Source: Spartobacteria bacterium
GTDB lineage: Bacteria; Verrucomicrobiota; Verrucomicrobiia; Chthoniobacterales; Chthoniobacteraceae
Length of the DNA stretch: 16,000 nucleotides
NCBI GenBank assembly: GCA_021324395.1
Contig: JAJPJG010000030.1
Coordinates: forward strand, 24,641 to 40,640
Reading direction: 5' to 3'
The first letter of the stretch is position 1; every line of letters begins with the position of its first letter. Below, piece by piece: positions 7,874 through 14,127 of the stretch. The notes beneath the pieces were generated by a model, which saw only the letters and a program-made list of their open reading frames with translations, had not been told where the DNA came from and searched no databases. A program made the translations under genes and the position numbers.

Positions 7874-8767
7874 TCACCAGCGGAAGTGGTGCAGACCATA
7901 AATCAGCGACCCGCCGAGATAGCCGGAGATGCTGACGAGCAGGATCGTAACGAGCAGGAGCGCGCGAAATGTATAACGCAGCGTGCGCGGGTATTTTTCC
8001 TTGTGTGCGAACTCGGAAAGCGCCGCGAGCAGCACCGCCCAGACTGCCGTCGCAGTGCCGAGCCAGCGATGCCACCAGAGCACGGGCGCGCTTGCGCCGG
8101 TGTAGTTTGAAAACACGGCGTCGCACCAGCCGAGCCCCGCGGTGAAGACCGCGCTCGCTGCGCCGAGCATGACGCAAAAGCGCACGGCGGCTTTCCACGA
8201 AGGTTTGCGCGTGCGTTTCCACATGATCTCGGCGGGAAATGCCGCGATGAGCAGCGCAATCGGGAAGTGTGAGGACACGGGATGAAATTGTCCGATCGCG
8301 CGAATCAACCGGCGCTTAAATGGCAACTCGCGCGGTTTCGGTTGCGGCGCCGGCGAAAGAGCGGCAGTCGCCACTTCAGCGTGATCCGACGGCGCGCCGA
8401 GCGCGATCCAGCGACGCACGATTTCCTTTTCCTCGGCAGTCAACGGCGGCGCGCTGGCTTCATCGCCGGGCATCTCCTCGTGAAACACCATGAGATACAG
8501 CTCGGACTTTTGCGGCTGGCCGGGAATGACCCATTTGCGATTTGCGGCGATGCGCTCGAGGTCGAGCACGTAACCGAACTCGCCCTTCGGTCTGGCGACC
8601 GTTTCGTCATGGCACTCGACGCATTTCGCCGCGAAAATGTCGCGCACTTCCTGCGCGAGCATCTGCCCGTCGGGTGCGGGCGTCGGCGACGCCGCAAAAC
8701 CGCTCGATGAAATCAGCGCAAAACCAATCGCAAACGCAATCCGGCTGCGCTTGAGAGGCGCGGTCAA
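7874..8767 (-). CDS. Membrane protein: N-terminal periplasmic planctomycete-type cytochrome c domain (PSCyt1-like, CxxCH) fused to a DUF2231-like 4-TM domain
   Basis: 297 aa from a TTG start (8767-8765). The next in-frame ATG (M36) would delete the signal peptide MTAPLKRSRIAFAIGFALISSSGFA. Haem-binding CVECH is encoded at 8609-8623 (verified by reverse-complementing). Context IFAAKCVECHD...PKGEFGYVLDLERI...VIPGQPQKSELYLMV...EEMP...LTAEEKEIVRRWIALGAP matches my memory of PSCyt1. The C-terminal half begins FHPVSSHFPIALLIAAF, has four hydrophobic helices, and contains His residues in WWHRWLG and YGLHHFRW, as in DUF2231. Confidence 0.75.
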   Translation of the reverse strand: MTAPLKRSRIAFAIGFALISSSGFAASPTPAPDGQMLAQEVRDIFAAKCVECHDETVARPKGEFGYVLDLERIAANRKWVIPGQPQKSELYLMVFHEEMPGDEASAPPLTAEEKEIVRRWIALGAPSDHAEVATAALSPAPQPKPRELPFKRRLIRAIGQFHPVSSHFPIALLIAAFPAEIMWKRTRKPSWKAAVRFCVMLGAASAVFTAGLGWCDAVFSNYTGASAPVLWWHRWLGTATAVWAVLLAALSEFAHKEKYPRTLRYTFRALLLVTILLVSISGYLGGSLIYGLHHFRW

Positions 8768-9357
8768 TCCGTTGGCGCTGCCGTCGGTTTCGGCGCGCTT
8801 GCAGTCGGCGAAGCCATCGGCTGCCCGCCGTCTTTTTGATCGTTGCCCGGAGGGCGTCCCGGTCCGCCTGGTCCGTGTCGGCCGCCCGGGCCGGGGCCCA
8901 TTTGCACACCGAGTTCCTTGTGGCTGCTCATCTTGAGTTGATTGATTTTGTCGAGCTCGGCTTTGATTTTATCGCTTTGTCCCGCATCGATGGCCTCTTT
9001 GAGCGAATGAATTTCCGTGAGCAGCGAGTCCATGTCTTTTTTAAACGTGTCGAGATACTTTGTCTTCTCCGCGCCGGAAAGCTTCTCCGCCTTCGACGGC
9101 GTAAGATCGCGCGCTGTTTCCGCGCTCTTCTGCATCTCGGCCACTAGCTGCAGCGATGAATCCTTTTGCGCTGCATCGCTGTATTGCCGGTTCAATTTCC
9201 GGGCATCGCGATTGATTGTTTCCATCTCCTTTTGCAGCGGCGAATGCTCGTGCTCGTGCCCGCCACCTCCGGGCTCAGGTCCTTGCGCAAACAACCCGAA
9301 CGGAACGAACAAAAGGCCGGTGGCCACGACTGCGGAATGGAACGGAGGGAGCTTCAT
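8764..9357 (-). CDS. Periplasmic cytochrome b562-like four-helix-bundle protein with N-terminal HEHEH motif and Gly/Pro-rich C-terminal tail
   Basis: ORF track 8764..9372 starts at a TTG. I prefer the ATG at 9357 (MKLPPFHSAVVATGLLFVPFGLFAQG signal peptide). By-eye alignment to E. coli CybC: EMETINRDARKL vs NMETLNDNLKVI, LTPSKAEKLSGAE vs ATPPKLEDKSPDS, FKKDMDSLLTEIHSLKEAIDAG vs [22 protein letters not shown], and KMSSHKEL vs RNAYHQKY. Both axial-ligand positions are retained: Met codon 9223-9225 and His codon 8920-8922. The alignment is from memory, not computed. Confidence 0.6.
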   Translation of the reverse strand: MKLPPFHSAVVATGLLFVPFGLFAQGPEPGGGGHEHEHSPLQKEMETINRDARKLNRQYSDAAQKDSSLQLVAEMQKSAETARDLTPSKAEKLSGAEKTKYLDTFKKDMDSLLTEIHSLKEAIDAGQSDKIKAELDKINQLKMSSHKELGVQMGPGPGGRHGPGGPGRPPGNDQKDGGQPMASPTASAPKPTAAPTD

Positions 9358-9591
9358 AGGTGTTACAGGCAAACAAATATCGCGATTTTGTCGAGCTTCG
9401 GGCGTCGAAAAAGAGGCGTATTACAGATTTTTAATTTCATGCATTGGTTCGAACATTTCGAGAAACACCGATGAGCCGCCTAAGTTCCCCGCCATTTTCA
9501 AATGATCGTCCCGCCGAATTTCCATCTTGAAAGCGGCACGAAAATAGATAGAGAAAGCAGTCCCGCACGAAACCCGGTTTCGTCCGCATCC

Positions 9592-9664
9592 GCACCGTTA
9601 GCTCAATTGGCAGAGCACGTGACTCTTAATCACTAGGTTGTAGGTTCGATTCCTACACGGTGCA
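9592..9664 (+). tRNA. tRNA-Lys, anticodon CUU; 73 nt; 3' CCA not encoded
   Basis: Hand-folded cloverleaf. Acceptor GCACCGT/ACGGTGC plus discriminator A. D arm GCTC-AATTGGCA-GAGC. Anticodon arm CGTGA-CTCTTAA-TCACT (anticodon CTT; one C-T mismatch at the top pair). Variable loop AGGTT. T arm GTAGG-TTCGATT-CCTAC. Overall very similar to bacterial Lys tRNAs. Confidence 0.9.
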
Positions 9665-9683
9665 TTTCTTCTTTCGCGCTTCG

Positions 9684-10712
9684 ATGACGAAAATACCCGC
9701 CGCGACTCTCGTTTTACTCGCGCTCGCGACGCGGCTTTTTGCGTTTGAAGTTTCGCCGGATCGGTTCAAACAAGCCGCCGATTACTCGCGCGAGCGGCGC
9801 GGATTTTCACTCGTCGTGATGCAGCACGACAAAGTCGTTTTTGAAAAATACGAAGACGCGCCGGGCGAGCCGCACAAAATCTACAGCGGCACTAAAGCGT
9901 TTTGGGTAATGGCTGCGCTCGCGGCGGTGAACGACGGGCTCCTTTCGCTCGACGAACGTGTGTGTGACACGATCACGGAGTGGAAAAACGATCCGCGCAA
10001 ACGCCGGATTCGCGTGCGGCAGTTGCTCGATTTTACCGACGGCATCGAGCCCGCATCGTTTTTGCACGGCGACGGCATCGCGGACCGCAATCGCATCGCG
10101 ATCAACCTGCCTCTCGTCGCCGAGCCCGGTGCGCGATTCATGTATGGGCCCGCTCACCTGCAAATCTTCGACGAGCTGCTTCGCCGCAAGCTCGCGTCGC
10201 GCGGTGAAGGGACGTTCGATTATCTCGAAAAGAAAGTGTTGCGACCGCTCGGGCTCGGGCGCATCGACTACAAAAAAGACGCGGCGGGAAATCCGCTGCT
10301 CGCGACGGGATTTAAGCTGACCGCGCGGCAATGGCTCCGCATGGGCGTGTTACTTTTGCACCGCGGCAGCTACGAGGGCCGCGTTGTTGTTCCCGCCGGT
10401 CTGTTTAACGAATGCCTTCAGCCTTCCGTGGCGAATCCGGCGTTCGGATTGGGCATGTGGCTGAATCGCGAGGCGCGCAGTTCCGCGGCGCGCGAGCCGG
10501 ATATCGAAAATCTGCTCGAGCTAAAATGGTATCAGCCAAATTGGGATCACGTTTGCTTCTGCCGCGATGCTCCGGCGGATATGTTCGTGTCGCTCGGCTC
10601 GGGTTATCAGCGCTTGTATGTCATTCCATCGCTCGACTTGATCGTCCTCCGGCAGGGGCTCGACGCGAAATTTTCCGACGCCGCGTTTTTACGCATTTTG
10701 CTCGGCCGTTAA
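9684..10712 (+). CDS. Beta-lactamase-family (class C / family VIII esterase-like) serine hydrolase, exported
   Basis: The ORF track starts at GTG 9660, inside the tRNA. The ATG at 9684 gives the signal peptide MTKIPAATLVLLALATRLFA. S-x-x-K nucleophile motif YSGTKAFWVMA. Overall layout (GFSLVVMQHDKVVFEKY..., later LGSGYQRLYVIPSLDLIVL) is typical of the beta-lactamase-related serine hydrolase family. Substrate unknown. Confidence 0.78.
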   Translation: MTKIPAATLVLLALATRLFAFEVSPDRFKQAADYSRERRGFSLVVMQHDKVVFEKYEDAPGEPHKIYSGTKAFWVMAALAAVNDGLLSLDERVCDTITEWKNDPRKRRIRVRQLLDFTDGIEPASFLHGDGIADRNRIAINLPLVAEPGARFMYGPAHLQIFDELLRRKLASRGEGTFDYLEKKVLRPLGLGRIDYKKDAAGNPLLATGFKLTARQWLRMGVLLLHRGSYEGRVVVPAGLFNECLQPSVANPAFGLGMWLNREARSSAAREPDIENLLELKWYQPNWDHVCFCRDAPADMFVSLGSGYQRLYVIPSLDLIVLRQGLDAKFSDAAFLRILLGR

Positions 10713-10718
10713 ACGCGC

Positions 10719-10750
10719 GTGTTGATGCGCATCCTGCACTTTTTTCTTTT
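10719..10750 (+). terminator. Possible weak intrinsic terminator after the serine hydrolase gene
   Basis: Imperfect hairpin GTGT-t-GAT-GCGC-ATC-ct-GCAC (10719-10739), immediately followed by TTTTTTCTTTT (10740-10750). The stem is interrupted. By-eye fold only. Confidence 0.35.
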
Positions 10751-10806
10751 CCACCGGCGCCGCTTCGCCGTTGATGGTCGCTCAACATTCAACCCTCATC
10801 TCCCTC

Positions 10807-11823
10807 ATGTCCGACGTCATTACTTTTGGTGAAATCATGATGCGCCTTGCCACTCCCGGCTTCCTCCGCTGGAACCAGGCGCCGCATCTCGAGCTGACCT
10901 ACGGCGGCGGCGAAGCAAATGTCGCCGTCTCGTGCGTGAACTACGGCCTCACCGCCGACTTCGTCACGCGCCTGCCGAAAAACGACATGGCGCAACGCGC
11001 GATCAACGAACTGCGCGGCCTCGGCGTCGGCACCTCGCACATCGTGCGCGGCGGTGAGCGCATCGGCATTTACTTTTTGGAAAGCGGCGCGAGCCAGCGC
11101 GCATCGAAAGTCACCTACGACCGCGCGCACAGCGCCATCGCGGAGATCAAGCCGGGCGAAGTCAACTGGGACGAAGTCTTCAAGGGCGCGCGCTGGTTCC
11201 ACTGGACGGGCATCACGCCCGCGCTCAGCGACACCGCCGCCGAGGTGGTCGAGGAAGCTTGCGAAGCGGCGAAGAAAGCCGGCGTCACGATCAGCGCGGA
11301 TTTAAACTACCGCAAAAAATTGTGGAGCAAGGAAAAGGCGCAGCGCGTCATGAGCGATCTCGCCGAACTCATCGACGTCTGCATTGCCAACGAGGAGGAC
11401 GCCGAGAGCGTCTTCGGCATCAAAGGCGCGGAGGTCACCAGCGGCAAAATCGAGCACAGGCAATACGAGGAAGTCGCTGGCAAGCTCGTGGACAAATTCA
11501 AATTTAAAAAAGTCGCAATCACGTTGCGCGAATCCCACAGCGCGAGCCGCAACGGCTGGAGTGCGATGCTTTACGAAAACGGTAAATCGTGTTTCTCGCG
11601 CAAATACGACATCACGATCGTCGATCGCGTCGGCGGCGGCGACAGCTTCGCTGGCGGACTGATCTACGCGCTGCTACGCGGCGACGATAACGACAAAGCC
11701 ATCAACTTCGCCGTCGCCGCGAGCTGCCTGAAGCACACCATTCCCGGCGACTACAACCGCGTGACGCTCGAGGAAGTCGAGGCACTCGCGAAAGGCGACG
11801 CCAGCGGGCGCGTGCAGCGGTAA
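10807..11823 (+). CDS. kdgK: PfkB-family sugar kinase, most likely 2-dehydro-3-deoxygluconokinase
   Basis: The ORF track starts at TTG 10771. I prefer the ATG at 10807 (MSDVITFGEIMMRLATPG...), which matches the usual N-terminus of this family. Motifs: YGGGEANVAVSCVNYGL, GERIGIYFLESGASQRASKVTYDR, DLNYRKKLW, and PfkB signature 2 VDRVGGGDSFAGGLIYALL. Specificity (KDG versus related 2-keto-3-deoxy sugar acids) is inferred. Confidence 0.78.
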   Translation: MSDVITFGEIMMRLATPGFLRWNQAPHLELTYGGGEANVAVSCVNYGLTADFVTRLPKNDMAQRAINELRGLGVGTSHIVRGGERIGIYFLESGASQRASKVTYDRAHSAIAEIKPGEVNWDEVFKGARWFHWTGITPALSDTAAEVVEEACEAAKKAGVTISADLNYRKKLWSKEKAQRVMSDLAELIDVCIANEEDAESVFGIKGAEVTSGKIEHRQYEEVAGKLVDKFKFKKVAITLRESHSASRNGWSAMLYENGKSCFSRKYDITIVDRVGGGDSFAGGLIYALLRGDDNDKAINFAVAASCLKHTIPGDYNRVTLEEVEALAKGDASGRVQR

Positions 11824-11946
11824 AAGCGGCGGGCGCGTAGTGCCCCATCATTCTCGGTGTGCCGATCATTTTACTTGGCGGCTATGTCGTCCTCGACTGC
11901 ATTTTGATCTCAGCGCCACTCGGCGCAAGCTTGGCGCGTGAAGCGC

Positions 11947-14127
11947 TCAGCTCGGCATAACGCAGGGCTCCGCGGTCTCAGTCCGCGAAGTCGGCGGGAT
12001 TCGGCCGTTCAATGTTTCGTGCATTGCTTGCAAAAGGGTTTCGGAAGAGTAGGGCTTGGTGATGAACCGCGTTGCCCCGGCTGCCACGGCCGCTTCCTGG
12101 TGCTGGTGATTGCCGCCGCCGCTGCTGCCGATGAAGCGCAGTTCCGGCACGATCTTTTTGAGGGCACGAATCGTCGAGGGGCCGTCGAGGACCGGCATCA
12201 TCATGTCGGTGAGGACGGCGCTAATCTCGTCCTTGTGTTTTGTCGCGATCTCGACTGCTTCCACTCCGTCGCCAGCGGTCAGGACGCGATAACCTGCCGT
12301 TTCCAGACTGCGCTGGGTGACGGCGAGGATGGACGGCTCATCGTCCACGACGAGAACCAATTCGTCATTTCCAGCGAGGCACTCCGGCGGCAGAGAGTCG
12401 GCGGTTTCGCCGGAGGCTGTAGTAACCGCGGGCAAATAAATGCTGAATGAAGTTCCCATGCCGGGCTGGCTGGAGACGGTGATGGCGCCGTCGTGATTTT
12501 TGATGATGCCGAAGACGGTCGAAAGACCAAGCCCTGTGCCTTTGCCAAAATCTTTCGTCGTAAAGAACGGCTCAAAAATTTTCTGAAGCAATTCCGGCGG
12601 GATGCCTGCGCCGGTGTCCTCGACCTTGATGAGCACGTGCGGGCCGGAATGGAGGCCCCAGATCGTCGCAGCATTGTGAACATCGACGTCGATATTCCGG
12701 ACCGAGATCGTGATTTTTCCGCCTGTTGGCATCGCGTCCCGGGCGTTGAGACAAAGGTTCAAGAGCACCTGTTGCATCTGCGTGGGATCGGCCTTTAGCA
12801 TCCATGTGTCGCGGCTGACTGTTGTTTCGACCCGGATCGATTTCGGAAAGGTTTCGGTGGTGATCTTCTCGATGTCGCGGAGGATGCGAACGGGATGGAT
12901 CTCGATGCGATCGGTTTCTCCGCCTTTGGCGAAATAGAGCAACTGCTTCACGATGTCAGCGGCTCGCTGTGCGCTGACATCGACGGCTTCGAGGAGTTTC
13001 TGGTCGCCTTCGTCAACGCTGCCTTTCAGCAAATCGACGCTGAGGATGATGGGGGAAAGCAGGTTGTTTAGATCGTGCGCGATGCCGCTGGCGAGCGAGC
13101 CGATGCCATCCAGCCGCTGCGCGCGCAGGATTTGCATTTCGAGCTCTTTCTTTTCAGTGATGTCACTGTTGATCGCGAGGACAGATTTTGGATTGCCTTG
13201 TTCGTCGCGAATAAGTGTCCAATGGCAATCGGAGATAATGACGCGTCCTTCCCTGGTTTTTTGCGGAATCTCGCCGATCCAACTGCCCTTTTCAAAAAGC
13301 GCTTTTCGCGCTACGCGCACATTTTCCTCCTCCACGCCGCTGTGCAGTGCATCGAGGATACTGCGGCCGACCGCCTCGGCTGCGCTCAAGCCATACAGGC
13401 GCTCGGCACCGCGGTTCCAGAACACGATTTTCTCGTCGAGGCTGCGCACGATGATCGCCTCTCGCGCCTCCTCGAGCAGCATGGCTTGTTCACGAACGCG
13501 CTCATCGGCGGCTTTGTGACCGGCGATTTCCTTTTGCAGCAAGGCGTTTGCCGTGTTGAGTTCGCGCGTGCGCGCGGCCACAGCGCTCTCGAGCGCTTCG
13601 GTGTTGTGTCGCGCTGCTTGCAGCAGCGACCATTTTTCGGTGAGAGCATGCGCGAATTGCAACACTTCGATCGAGTCGAACGGCTTTTTCAAAATCATCA
13701 ACCGCTCCGGGCTGCCGATCATTTTCATCATCTCGTCCCATGAATAATCCGAATACGCCGTGCAGATCACGATCTGGATGTCGGGATCGGCTTCCCACAA
13801 TTTCAGCGTGGTCTCCATCCCGTCCCAGCCTGGAGGCATCCGCACGTCCATGAATGCCATCGCGTAGCGCCTTCCTGTTTTCATCGCGGCGCGCACGAGA
13901 TCGAGCGCGTCCTGGCCTTGAAATGCGAAGTCCATCTCAAACTGCGCGCGATGCGTGGATGCCGTCGATTCACCGAAAAATTCCGCCTCCGCGGCATCGA
14001 ATTCCGATTCCGCATCGTCGGTGCCGAGGATTTTTTTGAAATCGGCATGGATGGCTTCATTATCATCGACCACAAGGATGCGATGGTTTTTTTCAATGCC
14101 TGCGGCGGGATGGGTTAGTTGGTGCAT
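11947..14127 (-). CDS. Hybrid sensor histidine kinase / response regulator: REC - coiled coil - PAS - HisKA - HATPase_c - REC
   Basis: 726 aa. N-terminal REC: ILVVDD, acceptor D94 in AFMDVRMPP, VICTAYSD, LKKPF. PAS: IIVRSLDEKIVFWNRGAERLYGLSAAEAVGRSI. H-box SGIAH351DLNNLLSPI. N-box LNLCLNARDAM. G1 DTGAGIP. G2 GKGTGLGLS. C-terminal REC: LVVDDEPS, acceptor D641 in VLTDMMMPVLDG, K691 in ITKPY. The ATG at 14127 overlaps the upstream kinase stop by 13 nt. Confidence 0.9.
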   Translation of the reverse strand: MHQLTHPAAGIEKNHRILVVDDNEAIHADFKKILGTDDAESEFDAAEAEFFGESTASTHRAQFEMDFAFQGQDALDLVRAAMKTGRRYAMAFMDVRMPPGWDGMETTLKLWEADPDIQIVICTAYSDYSWDEMMKMIGSPERLMILKKPFDSIEVLQFAHALTEKWSLLQAARHNTEALESAVAARTRELNTANALLQKEIAGHKAADERVREQAMLLEEAREAIIVRSLDEKIVFWNRGAERLYGLSAAEAVGRSILDALHSGVEEENVRVARKALFEKGSWIGEIPQKTREGRVIISDCHWTLIRDEQGNPKSVLAINSDITEKKELEMQILRAQRLDGIGSLASGIAHDLNNLLSPIILSVDLLKGSVDEGDQKLLEAVDVSAQRAADIVKQLLYFAKGGETDRIEIHPVRILRDIEKITTETFPKSIRVETTVSRDTWMLKADPTQMQQVLLNLCLNARDAMPTGGKITISVRNIDVDVHNAATIWGLHSGPHVLIKVEDTGAGIPPELLQKIFEPFFTTKDFGKGTGLGLSTVFGIIKNHDGAITVSSQPGMGTSFSIYLPAVTTASGETADSLPPECLAGNDELVLVVDDEPSILAVTQRSLETAGYRVLTAGDGVEAVEIATKHKDEISAVLTDMMMPVLDGPSTIRALKKIVPELRFIGSSGGGNHQHQEAAVAAGATRFITKPYSSETLLQAMHETLNGRIPPTSRTETAEPCVMPS

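Noticed and set aside
9017-9505. 162-aa plus-strand Ser/Cys-rich ORF antisense to the b562-like gene, extending into the intergenic region
   Set aside because: The minus-strand frame has a signal peptide, amphipathic helical periodicity and b562-like motif conservation. The plus-strand product is low-complexity (runs of S, C, F) with no recognisable features.
9660-9683. GTG start for the serine hydrolase overlapping the 3' end of tRNA-Lys
   Set aside because: It overlaps a confidently folded tRNA. The extra residues MHFFFRAS precede an otherwise complete signal peptide that starts at ATG 9684.
9592-11823. Possibility that tRNA-Lys marks the edge of an integrated genomic island (hydrolase plus kinase as cargo)
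   Set aside because: No integrase, excisionase or transposase gene is present. By eye I found no direct repeat of the tRNA 3' end downstream and no evident compositional break. The adjacent genes look like ordinary metabolic genes.
11913-11926. GCGCC-ACTC-GGCGC hairpin between the convergent kdgK and hybrid kinase 3' ends, as a bidirectional terminator
   Set aside because: The stem is only 5 bp and there is no U-tract on either strand. It is not convincing as an intrinsic terminator.
11938-13743. Plus-strand ORFs 11938..12450 (170 aa), 12953..13519 (188 aa) and 13075..13743 (222 aa) inside the hybrid kinase gene
   Set aside because: These are antisense shadow ORFs of a GC-rich gene. The minus strand carries complete REC, PAS, HisKA and HATPase motif sets. 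The plus-strand translations have no motifs.
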